In this document: one piece after another, positions 12,041 through 24,354 of the stretch
Layout of the letters: every line of letters starts with the position of its first letter
How positions within the stretch are numbered: position 1 is the first letter of the stretch
Assembly (NCBI RefSeq): GCF_963921235.1
Contig: NC_086108.1
Span: 45,386,001 to 45,450,000, forward strand
Length of the DNA: 64,000 nt
Direction of reading: 5' to 3'
DNA from: Mobula hypostoma
Taxonomy: Eukaryota
Made by a program: the position numbers and the translations under genes
The notes under the pieces: model-generated
What the model was told of the DNA's origin: nothing
Database searches by the model: none
The model's input: only the letters and a program-made list of their open reading frames with translations

Positions 12041-12360
12041 TGCCCACTCAAGCTTAGAATATTTGGTATACATTTTACTTTCGAAAAGGGAGATCCTTAT
12101 GTTTTGACTAAGATAAGCAAATATGCAGAACAATACTTTAATTCTTTGTATTTAATGCTGAAAGAAATGACTTTTCGTGCGGCATCTCACTAGTGAACAC
12201 AAGAGGGAGCCATTGGTTATGTATCTGAAGATTTCTCTGGTTATGGCACACCTACACACACGTAATTATTCCTTACTTCAAATGTGAACAAAACAGTTAT
12301 TAAATTGTGTCCCGAATTCTTAGAAAAAGAACATTACAGTTGATATCGTCTATAAACCAT
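12041..12360 (+). pseudogene. Candidate endogenous viral AEP/D5-like primase remnant, part 2 (motifs II and III)
   Basis: CPLKLRIFGIHFTFEKGDPYVLTKISKYAEQYFNSLYLMLKEMTFRAASH**TQEGAIGYVSEDFSGYGTPTH, then after a frameshift VIIPYFKCEQNSY. GIH is at 12065-12073 and DFSGY at 12230-12244. Confidence 0.45.
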
Positions 12361-12493
12361 GGACTCTGAGGCTGTGTCCTCTGGTCCTAGATTACCCCAC
12401 ATTTATTGTGTTCGTCCACCATTTCTATGCACCTCATTACCTCTCCAATGTCATTTTTGAGTGGTTTAATATCCACTTTCACCTCTGTTTTAC

Positions 12494-13585
12494 TAGAACC
12501 ATAGAACCGTAGAACATTACAGCACAGAAACAGGCCTTTTGGCCCTTCTTGGCTGTGCCGAACCATTTTTCTGCCTAGGCCCACTGACCTGCACCTTGAC
12601 CATATCCCTCCATATACCTCTCATCCATGTACCTGTCCAAGTTTTTCTTAAATGTTAAAAATGAGCCGGCATTTACCACTTCATCTGGCAGCTCATTCCA
12701 CAGTCCCACCACTCTCTGTGTGAAGAAGCCCCCCCCAATGTTCCTTTAAACTTTTCCCCCTTCACCCTTAACCCATGTCCTCTGGTTTTTTTTTCTCCCC
12801 TTGCCTCAGTGGAAAAAGCCTGCTTGCATTCACTCTATCTATACCATCATAATTTTATATACCTCTATCAAATCTCCCCTCATTCTTCTACGCTCCAGGG
12901 AATAAAGTCCTAACCTATTCAACCTTTCTCTGTAACTCAGTTTCTCAAGTCCTGGCAACATCCTTGTAAACCTTCTCTGCACTCTTTCAACCTTATTAAT
13001 ATCCTTCCTGTAATTTGGTGACCAAAACTGCACACAATACTCCAGATTCGGCCTCACCAATGCCTTATACAACCTCACCATAACACTCCAACTCTTATAC
13101 TCAATACTTTGATTTATAAAGGCCAATGTACCAAAAGCTCTCTTTACGACCCTATCTACCTGTGACGCCACTGTTAGGGAATTTTGTATCTGTATTCCCA
13201 GATCCCTCTGTTCTACTGCACTCCTCAGTGCCCTACCATTTACCTTATATGTCCTACCTTGGTTTGTCCTTCCAAAGTGCAATACCTCACACTTGTCTGT
13301 ATTAAACTCCATCTGCCATTTTTCAGCCCATTTTTCCAGCTGGTCCAAGTCCCTGTGCAAGCTTTGAAAACCTTCTTCACTGTCCACTACATCTCCAACC
13401 TTTGTATCATCAGCAAATTTGCTGATCCAATTTACCACATTATCATCCAGATCATTGATATAGATGGCAAATAACAATGGACCCAGCACTGATCCCTGTG
13501 TCACACCACTAGTCACAGGCCTCCACTCTGAGAAGCAATCCTCCACTACCACTCTCTGGCTTCTTCCAGTGAGCTAGTATCTAAT
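12494..13585 (-). mobile_element. Young 5'-truncated CR1 LINE inserted in an older CR1 fragment
   Basis: Uninterrupted 237-aa ORF 12839-13552 (SGVTQGSVLGPLLF, KFADD, RPNLEYCVQFWSP) with a tandem tagaacc(a/g) tail at about 12494-12515. Confidence 0.92.
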
Positions 13586-13698
13586 GTCTACTCTTTATAT
13601 AAGTGAAAAAATATTTTAGTCACCTCTTTTATATTGTCGGCTAGCTTACTTTCGTATTTTATCATTTCTCTCCATGTCATTTCTTTTAGTTGCATTCT

Positions 13699-14065
13699 CA
13701 CCTATGGAGAGGATGCTGTCTAAGTTGCATGCCATCTTGGTCAATGTCTCCCATCCACTACATAATGTACTGGTTGGGCACAGGAGTACATTCAGCCAGA
13801 GACTCATTCCACCGAGATGCAGCACAGAGCGTCATAGGAAGTCATTCCTGCCTGTGGCCATCAAACTTTACAATTCCTCCCTTGGAGGGTCAGACACCCT
13901 GAGCCAATAGGCTGGTCCTGGACTTATTTCCTGGCATAATATACATATTACTATTTAACTATTTATGGTTCTATTACTATTTATTATTTATGGTGCAACT
14001 GTAACGAAAACCAGTTTCCCCCGGGATCAATAAAATATGACTACTACTACTACTACTACTACTAC
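13699..14065 (+). mobile_element. LINE 3' fragment (Rex1-like) with (ACT)n tail
   Basis: LHAILVNVSHPLH...RCSTERHRKSFLPVAIKLYN, followed by aataaa and (act)n at 14040-14065. TTCT occurs on both sides. Confidence 0.7.
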
Positions 14066-14145
14066 TTCTGTTCGTTTTTAAAAGCATCTGAATCCTCTAG
14101 CTTCCCACTAATCTTCTATGTTTCCAAAACCTCCATGGTTTTCTT

Positions 14146-14506
14146 AAACACGAGGAATTCTGCAGATGCTGGAAATTCGAGCAACACACATCAAAGTTGC
14201 TGGTGAACGCAGCAGGGCAAGCAGCATCTCTAGGAAGAGGTACAGTCGACGTTTCAGGCCGAGACCCTTCGTCAGGACTAACTGAAGGAAGAGCTAGTAA
14301 GAGATTTGAAAGTGGGAGGGGGAGGGGGAGATCCAAAATGATAGGAGAAGACAGGAGGGGGAGGGATGGAGCCAAGAGCTGGACAGGTGATTGGCAAAAG
14401 GGATATGAGAGGATCATGGGACAGGAGGCCCAGGGAGAAGGAAAAGGAGGGGGGGAAAACCCAGAAGATGGGCGAGGGGTATAGTGAAAGGGACAGAGGG
14501 AGAAAA

Positions 14507-14578
<72 letters not shown>

Positions 14579-14900
14579 AAATGTGTGTATTTAAATAAAT
14601 AACGGATGGGGTACGAGGGGGAAGTGGGGCTTTAGTGGAAGAATATAAGGTGTTGTTCCTCCAACCTGAGTGTGGCTTCATCTTTACAGTAGAGGAGGCC
14701 GTGGACAGATATATCAGAATGGGAATGGGATGTGGAATTAAAATGTGTGGCCACTGGGAGATCCTGCTTTCTCTGGCGGACAGAGCGTAGGTGTTAAGCA
14801 AATCGATCTCCCAGTCTGCGTCGGGTCTCGCCAATATATAGAAGACCACATCGGGAGCACCGGACGCAGTATATCACCCCAGCCGACTAACAGGTGAAGT
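14146..14900 (-). mobile_element. Penelope-like 3' fragment with hammerhead motif (14244-14279) and (GA)n microsatellite (about 14508-14578)
   Basis: Homologous to 4980-5690, with an intact CUGACGA/GAAACGUC core on the minus strand. Confidence 0.88.
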
Positions 14901-14909
14901 GTCCTTCGA

Positions 14910-15226
14910 GGTGACACCTCACCTCCTTCTACTACCCATTGTGTTTTCCCCTATTCCTTCTTCACCTTTCCTGCCTATCGCCTCCCTGCTTCCTCTCTCC
15001 CACCCCTTTATCTTTCCCCTTACCTGGCACCTACCAGCCTTCTCCTTCCCACCCTCCCCCCACCTTCTTTATAGGGCCTCTGCCCCTTCCCTCTTCAGTC
15101 CTGACGAAGGGTTCCGGCCCGAAACATTGACTGATTGTTTCCACGGATGCTGCCCGACCTGCTGAGTCCCTCCAGCGTGTTGTGTGTGTTGCTTTGACCC
15201 CAGCATCTGCAGATTATTTTGTGTTT
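14910..15226 (+). mobile_element. Penelope-like tail of a second subfamily, with decayed hammerhead (15097-15132)
   Basis: agtc-ctgacga-agggttccggccc-gaaa-cattgact. The tail matches the reverse complement of 63034-63160. Confidence 0.75.
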
Positions 15227-15925
15227 CCTGTACCTCATCCCTGGTGGTAGCAATTAGAGGAGGGCATGTTCTAAATGATGAGAATCATTCATGATGGATG
15301 CTACCTTCTTAAAGCATTACTTTTGAAGATGCCCTTAAAGGTAGGGAAGTTAGTGGCCTTGATGGAGCTGGCTGAGTTTGCAATCCTCTGCAGCTTATTT
15401 TTTTTCGATCTGGTGCATATCAGGCGGTGACGTAACCAGTCAGAATGCTTTCCCTGTTATGACTGTAGAAACTTGTTATACCTGGTGACATAGCAAATCT
15501 CCTCAAATTCATTGCCGTTTCTTCTTTGTAATTGCATCAGGATGCTGGGCCTAGGATGGATCTTCAGAGATGTTGACACTTGAAGCTGCTCACCCTCTCC
15601 ACCGCTGATGCTTCGGTAAGGACTGGTGTATGTTCTCCTGACTTCACTTCCTGAAGACCACAATCAATTCCTTGGTCTTAATGATGCTGAGCGCAAGGTT
15701 GTTGTTGTAACACCACTGCCAGCTGATCTATCTCACTCCTGTATGCCTCCTCATCACCATCTGAGGTTTTGCCAATAACAGTTGGGGCATCAGCAAATTT
15801 ATAGATTGTATTTGAGCTGTGAGTAGCCATGTATTAAATAATGTAGAGAAAGTAGAGCAGTGGGCTAAGCATGCATCCTTGAGATGTGCCCCTGTTGATT
15901 GTCAGACTGATTGTGGTCTTCTGGA
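15227..15925 (-). mobile_element. Rex1/Babar-type LINE fragment
   Basis: Same family motifs as 10945-12036 (gtagagcagtgggctaagca, catcagcaaatttatag). Confidence 0.75.
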
Positions 15926-16475
15926 TCAACAGAGTGGTGCAAAGGGATTTTGGCATGCTTATCTTCATAGGTTAGGGCATAGTACATGAAAGTTGGAAAA
16001 TTGTTTTGCAACTTTACAAAACACTGGTTAGACTCCATTTGGAGTATTGTTTCTGTTCTGATTCTCACATTATAGAAAGAATGTGCTTACATTAGAGAGG
16101 GTGCAGAGGAAGTTGTCAGGAGGTTGTCTGAATTGGAGGACTTTCGTTATGATGAGAGATTGGAAAGCTGACTTTGTTATTTTTTTCCTGGAATGAAGAG
16201 ACTGAAGGGTGACTTGACAAACATGTATAAAATTATAAGAGACACAGGGGACCAGACCATCAGCTCACTACATTTGCATCAACCATGATGCTCATCTAAA
16301 TTTAGGCCATCTGCTTGCACGAGGTCCATATTCTCCTATCCCTGTATTTATTTAAGAGACATTTAGATAGACACTTGAATAGGCAAGGCATAGAAGGTTG
16401 CAAACCTCATACAGGTAAATGGGATTAGTACAGATGGACAAAAGTGTTGACCAAAGGAGCTGTCTCTATGCTGGG
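15925..16475 (+). mobile_element. Old CR1 3' fragments
   Basis: ttggagtattgt..., gagagggtgcagagg and CR1-like tail; includes a short inverted piece. Confidence 0.6.
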
Positions 16476-18059
16476 CAATATAACTGTTAAGAAATGGTGA
16501 CATATTTCCAGTAAGGGTGCTGTGTTTCTTGGAACAGAGCAGCAGGCGGGTTACTGTAGCGCATTTTATATAGTACATACAGCTGCCATGGTGCAGTGGT
16601 GGTAGAGGGGGTGAATGGTCATTGTGTTGGCAGGAGTCTCAGTCAGTTGGACTGCTTTGTCTTGTATAGTGTTGGGGTACTTCAGGGCTGAAGCTGCCCT
16701 TACTTGGACAGGTAGAGGAAGCATGCTGTTAAGGCTTGTAGATGGTGGCAAACTTTAAGTGTGTCTGGAGATAAGTCACTTGCCACAAGATATCCTGCTC
16801 TTATAGAGTAGTATTTACATTCAGATAAATTTCTAGATGTTGTTGAGCCCCAAGGTTTTTGATGGATGGGGATGACAATGGTGATGCCATTAAAAAAAAC
16901 AATTGTTAGTTAAATTTCTCTTGTTGAAAATGGGTTTTGACTGGTACATTTGTGACATGAGGGTTTCTTTTGTTACATTAGCCTAAACCTTGCTGCATGT
17001 GAGAATGAAACTGTTTTTTAAAATCCTTTTCAAATGTTCAATTATCAGCTTCTCTGCTTCTACCTTTGTGATGAAGTTGAAGACATATGGGCTCAGACAA
17101 AACTTTGAGAAATTACTACAATGATGTCTTGGGGCTGGGTTAATTAACTTCCAACAACGACAATCATTTTCCTTTGGTCAAGGAATAATTCCAACCACTG
17201 AACAATTCCCCATACCCATTTTACCAGGAGCCCTTGGTGCCACACTTACCAAGTGCTCTCTTGATATTTAGAGCAATAGTCTCATCTTGACCCATTTGCT
17301 GAATACTGTCTGCACCAAGGTTGTGATAGGTCAGAAGTAGAGTGTTCCTTCTAGATCCAAACAGGCTGATGGTGAACAAGAATCAAATAACAGCAGCAAT
17401 GTTGGCACTTTCCACCACTTTTCTGATGCTTGAAAATGGATAGACTGTGCTGGATTGAATTTGTCTTCCTTGTGGACAGGCAGACTGAGTAATTGTGCAT
17501 ACTGCAGTAATTGTGCATGTTGCAGTTAACAGCGTTTTAACTGTAACGGAACAGGTTTGCTGCAGGTAGTGCTAATTCTGGTGTTCGTCTTCAATATTGC
17601 AGCCAGGATGCTATTGATCCCACAACCATTGTCGCTTTCAGTGCTCTCAGATGTTTCTTTGTCATATGAGATGAACAATTAGAGAAAAACTACCTTTTTT
17701 ATGGAAGAACCTCAGGAAGTAGCTGAGATGAACAGAAAATAATAAAAAGTACTCAAGTTGTTTCTTCAACAGACACTTCAATGGTAGAGGATATGTGTTC
17801 CTGAACCTGATCCCTCCTGTTAACTACTTGATTATGCACCATCATTCATGACTGGATGTAACAAGTATGCAAAACTTTGGTTCACTCAATGTGGTATTGC
17901 TTAGCTTTTCCAATTGCCAGCTGTTTTTCATGTTTAGAGTGTGCTTAATCTTGTGTTGCTGCTTTGCCAGGTTGACAATTTATTTTTAACTATGTGTCAT
18001 GCAGTATACCATTTTTCATTTTTCATTGAAATGAGGTTAATCCCCTGTTATAATAGTAT

Positions 18060-18294
18060 TGGGCACGTGGCCAAGTGGTTAAGGCGTTAGTCTAGTGATC
18101 TGAAAGTCGCTAGTTCGAGCCTCAGCTGTGGCAGCATGTTTGTGTCCTTGAGCAAGGCACTTAACCACACATTGCTCTAGTGTCTGTGTGAGGCGTGGCG
18201 CCCCACACAGACTTCTAATCTGCTCCTTGTAAGGCATGAAAATGCCCGACGTAGGCCTCTCATGGTCTGAGTTGACATTCCCTCCCTCCCTCCC
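18060..18294 (+). mobile_element. tRNA-derived SINE with CORE-like central domain
   Basis: A box TGGCCAAGTGG (18068-18078), B box GTTCGAGCC (18113-18121), gtgtccttgagcaaggcacttaacc, (ccct)n tail, and near-TSD tataatagt/tatgatagt. Confidence 0.7.
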
Positions 18295-20494
18295 TATGAT
18301 AGTGATGGCAGGGTAAGGGGTATGCAAAGCCATACAATTAAAAATTATAGCACATTCAGTTCTTCTGTTGCTAAGCAAGGTTGATGCCCAGTTTTGGATT
18401 GCTTGATGTGTTTTCAGACCATCCCATTTAGAGCAATGGCAATGCTCCACAAGTTGGTGTCCTTGGTGTAATGATGGACTGTTTCTGAGAACTGTTTTGT
18501 GATCTCTCTTACCAGTGCAGTCATGGATATTGGCCACAGATAGTTTGAGATGAATGTGGTCAAGTCACTTTATCCTTTATATTGTTTCAGCTACTATCTG
18601 TCTTAGACCCAGTCTGGCAACAGAGTCCTTCCTGATTCAACTAGTTTGGTGTTGTGTTCTTTATACATACCATGGGTTACTAAGAACAAACCATATTCTG
18701 GAAGAATTAAAACTAGAACTTTTATTTAAAACAGCAAACAGCAACCATGTTTTCACCATACAAGTTTCTAGATCATTCTGCCATTTCAGCGCATGCTCCG
18801 AACTCTGTCCAATCACGTTCTGACACGTGACACGTGATATCACTGCATCTTCCTTTCCTTAAAAAGAAAAACATTTAGCAACATTGATCAGAACACATAC
18901 ATAATTTAACATGTCTCTATCAGTCTCTCTGGGGGCTTACGAACACGAGTAGACCTTTTAAGTGGTTCACACAGTTCTTGTGTTTTGTTGTTATTTTTAT
19001 GTGTTGTCTGGTCTGCATCAGTTAACTGAAACTCTGAAGTTGGCTCTTTCTTGAGGACTTTGCGATTTCTTCTTAACACTGCTCCTTCTTATGTTTGGAC
19101 CATGTATGATCTGGGTTCTACTTCTTCAAGTACTGTAGCTTTCTGTGTCCATGTGTTCATTTTGTCTTGTGTCCTTATTTCACCTCCTTGGTGCAGTTCA
19201 GGTAACGGATGAGAACATCTGTCAAAGTATGTTTTCTGCTTTGCTTTGTGTTTATCTTTCCATCTTTTCACTTGTTCTCCTCCCTCTGTTCTCAGAAGAC
19301 TCTCATCTATTGGCAGATTGGATCTCAAACGGCGTCCCATCAAGAGCTGAGCAGGTGAAAATCCACATTCAGGTGGAGTACTACAGTAGGCTAACAAAGC
19401 TTTATAAAAATCACCTCCACTATCTTTTGCTTTGTCCATCAGTTTCTTGATAATTCTTATCGACTTCTCAACCAATCCATTGGACTGAGGGAAAAATGGA
19501 CTAGATGTTATATGAACAAAGCCCCATTCATGCGCAAAATGTCTCATGCATTCACCATTGAATTGTGGACCATTGTCTGTGAAAAATTCATCAGGTACAC
19601 AATGTCTGGAAAAAAACTGATTTCATGCATGTAATTACATTCTCTGCTGTTGTTCTGCTCAAACCACACTTTAGGATACAATGAGTAGTAATCTGTTATT
19701 AATAGATAAGCTTTGTTGTCGGTTACAAAAAGATCAGCACCTACCTTCTGATAAGGTCTCTGAGGACTAGTATGTGGATGCAGTGGCTCCTTAGGGTTGC
19801 TAGGTTGGTACTTAAAGCATATTTGACAGGAAGGCACCAACTCTGCAATTTCTTGATTCATCCTGGGCCAAAACATCACTTCCTGTTCCCTTCTCTTACA
19901 CTTTTCAATACTAGGTGGCCTTCATGAATTTTCCCAAGCATTTCTTTTTGGAGACTTTTAGGTATCACAATTCTACTACCTTTGTACAATATCCCATCCA
20001 CAACAGACAATTCTGATCTGTGGTTCCAATAATCTTGTACTACTGAGGTTCAGTCATGTCTATTATCTGGCCATCCATCCATCCATCCATCACCACTTGT
20101 ATTACCTGACTGAGAATTTTATCCTTCTCTGTCTCAAGACGCAGCAGTTACAACTTTTCAGGAGCACAGGTACAGTCTCTATGATCATATCAACAAATGC
20201 CTGAACATCAATAGTGGCCCTGTAACTGTCTTATGTTGTTGGATCCACAGCTCTGGAAAGTGTGTCAGCTGTGTACATGAATTTTTCAGGTGTGTATGAC
20301 ACATTCAACGCATATCTTTGCAATTTGGTCATCATTCGCTAAATTCGCAAAGGACAGTTGCTTAAAGGTTTGCGAAGCAATGCAATCAGAGGCTTATGAT
20401 CGGTTTCAACATTAATAGATTGCCCTGACACAAACTGATGAAACCTCTCGCAAGCAAACATAATGCTGAGCAATTCTCTTTCAATTTGGGCATA

Positions 20495-21500
20495 CAGGTT
20501 TCCCCCACCTTCCGAAGGTAGAGCGTTCCTATGAAACAGTTCGTAAGCCGGAATGTCGTAAAGTGAAGAAGCAATTACCATTAATTTATATGGGAGAAAT
20601 TTATGAGCGTTCGCAGACCCAAAAATAACCTACCAAATCGTGCCAAATAACATATAAAACCTAAAATAACAGTAACCTATAGTAAAAGCAGGAATGATAT
20701 GATGAATACACAGCCTATATAAAGTAGAAATAGTTTTCCACAATCATTGCCACACTGTTCTCCATAGCAAAAATCTCATGATTTCAGGAAGGTTGAGGTT
20801 CATCGTCTGCTGTGGCTGATGTGGAAGGCTTGAAAACGACAGTATACTTGACTGCTCAGCCTCGCGCATTTTTCTATCATACAGCTCTTTGTAAGCACTC
20901 AAACCATCTTGCAAATATGCCCTAAACCGACGTACCCTTTCAAAATTAAAGTCGTACTTTATCATTGCAGTGAAAATCTCACGCAGTTGCTTCACTTTCA
21001 GTGCCTGGACGACTTCACTTTCGGTCCGTTCGCTACTGCATTCGGTTTCTATTGTTATCCTTTCCTCTTCCAATTGCATCAGCTCTTCATCTATCAGTTC
21101 TTGGTCATGGAATGCGAAAATCTCTTCAACATCATCTTCGTCAACTTCCACAAGCCAAACTCACTTTGTCCTTACTTCGTTCACCGCGATCGAAACGCTT
21201 AATTATGTCTAGTTTTACACTAAGTGTAATACCCTGACGAGCTCTTTTAGGCTATTCCGATACCTTAGAACTCATCTTGCTAACGGCTGCTCACAGGCAC
21301 GTGTTTAAGCAATGCCGGTGAGAATGCAGTTCCGAATCTGGGGGAGAGCCGCTGCTCGAGGCACGCGCTGCTTTTCCCGCGTGCTGCCTTTTTTCGTAAC
21401 AGTGAAAACACCTTCTGCTAGCGAAAACAGGGAACTAATGTAGGTCTTTCGTAACAGTGAGGTTTCGTAAAGCGAATGTTCAAAAAGTGGGGGACACCTG
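20495..21500 (-). mobile_element. Tigger/pogo-type DNA transposon, internally deleted
   Basis: TA TSD; TIRs CAGGTTTCCCCCAC / GTGGGGGACACCTG; ORF 20744-21151 resembles the acidic Tigger transposase C-terminus. It splits the host RNase H at ETRY|AQIERELL. Confidence 0.85.
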
Positions 21501-22155
21501 TACCTTGTTTCTGGATCAGATAATGAACGAGATGCGTATGCCAGTGGTAGCCATTCCTGATCATCTTTCTGGAGTAATACTGCCCGTAAGCCTGCTTGAG
21601 ATGCATCACGTGAGATTTTGATGGGTCTCTCAGCATCATAGAATTTCAACACAGGTTCTTTAGTGAGTACTTTCTTGAGATTTTGCCATGCCTTCTCCTG
21701 TTCGTGATTCCAGCTCCATTTGTTTCTCTTTTCTGTTAGCTGCCTCAATAGAGCAAGCTGTTCCGAGAGATCGGGTATGAATTTTTCCATATAGTTAACC
21801 ATTCCCATAAACCTCTGAACATCCTTTTCACATTGCGGTCTTGGCATGTTCTCAATAGCAGAAACCTTCAATGGATCAGGATGCACACCCTCATTGCTGA
21901 TGATATCACCCATGAAGGTAAGTTCAGTCACTCCTAGTCTTTATTCAACTTCAAGTTTGCCTTGCATTTTGCCTCTAAAACTCGTCTAAGTCTGGCGTCA
22001 TGCTCGTGTTTAGATGATTCCCAAACAATAATATCATCCTCAATCTACACCCTCAATGTGCTCATATAGAATGGTTTCTTGGTACACTTCAGGAGCTGAT
22101 GCAATTGCAAATGGAAGCCTAGGAAAACAGTATCTGGCAAAAGGAGTGTTAAAGG

Positions 22156-22527
22156 TGTCATGGTCCCACCTGGCAATTCCCCATCTTGCTATTACCTCCT
22201 TAATTGGGACTTAATCCCCTCGTCTGACTTCCAATCGTTCCACACCTGCTTCCCATTAGCGAACATAGGATAAAACTCGGGCGGCGCAGCCATGCTTTGC
22301 CAGTTCGTTGGTTGACTCTAGTGTGAGTAAACCTTGTTTTCTGATTCCTTGGGACTGTTAGTTCTAAGCTCCGCATCATTTCCTGGATACTCTACGTAAA
22401 CCTTGACTCCGTGTAAAGACTCTCCTGGATACCGGTTCCCTGTTCATGGCGGTGCTAATGCCTCACGACTCTGCCTCCGTGCCTGTGTCCTGCACTTGGG
22501 TTCATCCTCAGCCTCGTCCTTGCAACA
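22156..22527. mobile_element. Solo LTR (372 bp) inserted in the Gypsy RT
   Basis: TGTCA...CAACA termini with a perfect 5-bp TSD AAAGG (22151-22155 and 22528-22532). Confidence 0.85.
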
Positions 22528-23222
22528 AAAGGTTCACAACTTTGAACTCGGTTCATCTAGTTTAAGTTGCCAGAATCCAGAGGATGCATGTAATTTACTA
22601 AAGTACTTTACATTAGCAAACTGTGACATAATTTCTTCACAAGTAGGCAATCTGAAATGCTCTCTTTTAATGCCTCAAGTCAAGTCTCCTGGATCTAAGC
22701 AAATCCTCAGTTTTCCATTTTTCTTATCAACAATAACAAGCAAATTGATCCTTTCAGTCGGTTCATCAATTTTTTTATATGACTCCTAACCGTTCCATTC
22801 TGTCAATCTCTGTATTCAGTTGATCAAGTAATGCAAAAGGTACTTTTCTACATGGATGTACTACTGGTGGTACTATGTTGTCAATTTTAATTGTGTGCTC
22901 TCCTGGAAGACAATCAAGCCATTTGAACAAGATCTCATACTCTCTCATCAAGTCACTGTATTCCAACTCTGTGTCACTGTCCAGGACTAATCTCTTTTCA
23001 CCAAATTCAGTCTCTCACAGGCAGATAAACCCAGTATTGACTTTACATTCTTTGGCACCACCATAAATGAAAGTGTGTGCACCATATTTTTGTGTGATAC
23101 TTTTGCCACACATGTTCCTTTAACTGGAATGTCTGCACCTGAATACCCAGTCACTTTTATATTTGTCTGATGTAACTTTAGTCTTGGCTTTAATGCACTA
23201 AACTCGGATTCTGCAAGAACAT

Positions 23223-24354
23223 TTACTTGCGCTCCAGTATCCAATTTAAACAGAATAATGTTTGGTTCACTTGCAATGGCATAGTCCAGTCATTCTTACT
23301 TTGTTTGTTTTCACAAAGCACACCTATATAAAACTCCTCAAGTTCATTTTTAAGCACTGTATTTACGTGTTTTATTTCCTTTCTACTTCTGCAACAGCGT
23401 GAAAAATGATTACTCTTACAGCAGGTGTTGCACATTTTCTGATGTGATGGACACTTTTTTAGATGATGTTGCTGCCCACAGTGATCACAGCTTTTTTTTC
23501 TTTCAGATGGTGTCTTGCTTTCTGTTGGTTTCATTGCCGCTGCCTTATTTTTTCTAATATGTTCGCGCTTTACAGTGTCTACACTGCCGTTCTCGATAAA
23601 AAGCTCTTTAGCCTGCGACATCACGGTCTCAGAAGCTTTGCAGAGTGCCACAGCTTTTTCCAAATTCAAATCTTGTTCTAACAGTCTTTCTCTCAGACCA
23701 TTATCCAGAATGCCGCAAACAATTCTGTCCTTAATGAGAGAGTCTGTAAGCTCTGCAAACTCGCATCTTTTACTGTGGTTTCTCAACTCCGTAACAAATT
23801 GATCAATCATTTGACCAGGTCTCTGCCGACATTTGAAAAATTTATAGCGCTCATAAGTCACATTACGCCTTGGTATACAAAATGTGTCAAATTTGTCGAT
23901 TATTGCTTTTAGATTCAAATTATCTCCATTTTCAAAAGTAAAATGGTTATATACCTCAAGCAACACACATAAAGCTGGTGAACGCAGTCCTGGTGGATGT
24001 CCTGACGAAGGGTCTCGGCCTGAAACGTCGACTGCACCTCTTCCTAGAGATGCTGCCTGGCCTGCTGCATTTAACAGCAACTTTTATGTGTGTTGCTTGA
24101 ATTTACAGCATCTGCAGAATTCCTGTTGTTTGGTTATATACCTCAATTGTATTGTCCCTTATTATGTGGAGTAGAATTGCAGCTTTCGTTTTTTCCATTT
24201 TATTATCTGCTGTGATCGCTGATAAATAAATTTCAAAAAGCTGTTTAAATCGTTTCCAGTTTTCAGCTACATTTCCAGTCAGCTGAAGTATCGCTGGGGC
24301 TTTCAAAACTTCCGTTTTTAAAGTTGTTAGCAAACAACGAAAAAGTTCGCGCAT
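23223..24354 (-). pseudogene. gag: Gypsy gag (disrupted), CCHC zinc knuckle
   Basis: GNVAENWKRFKQ, YERYKFF, IKDRIVCGI, CNTCCKSNHFSRCC. Interrupted by the insertion at 23960-24130. Confidence 0.85.
23960..24130 (+). mobile_element. Short asymmetric Penelope-tail hairpin insertion with intact hammerhead core (23999-24033)
   Basis: Flanking 16-bp direct repeat TGGTTATATACCTCAA (23944-23959 and 24131-24146). About 30 bp of inverted tail precede a longer forward tail. Confidence 0.85.

Larger units (their letters stand above)
19089..23244 (-). pseudogene. pol: Gypsy pol (protease, RT, RNase H, integrase), frameshifted and interrupted
   Basis: ORF pieces 22987-23244, 22775-22966, 21305-21931, 20339-20581, 19544-19879 and 19089-19547. 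Confidence 0.88.

Noticed and set aside
14097..14849. 250-aa ORF
   Set aside because: Alternative frame of a Penelope fragment running through a (GA)n microsatellite.
18060..18135. tRNA gene
   Set aside because: No convincing acceptor stem or oligo-T terminator; it continues into a SINE body.
20744..21151. Domesticated TIGD-like host gene
   Set aside because: Lies between TIRs with a TA TSD and lacks the DNA-binding and DDD domains.
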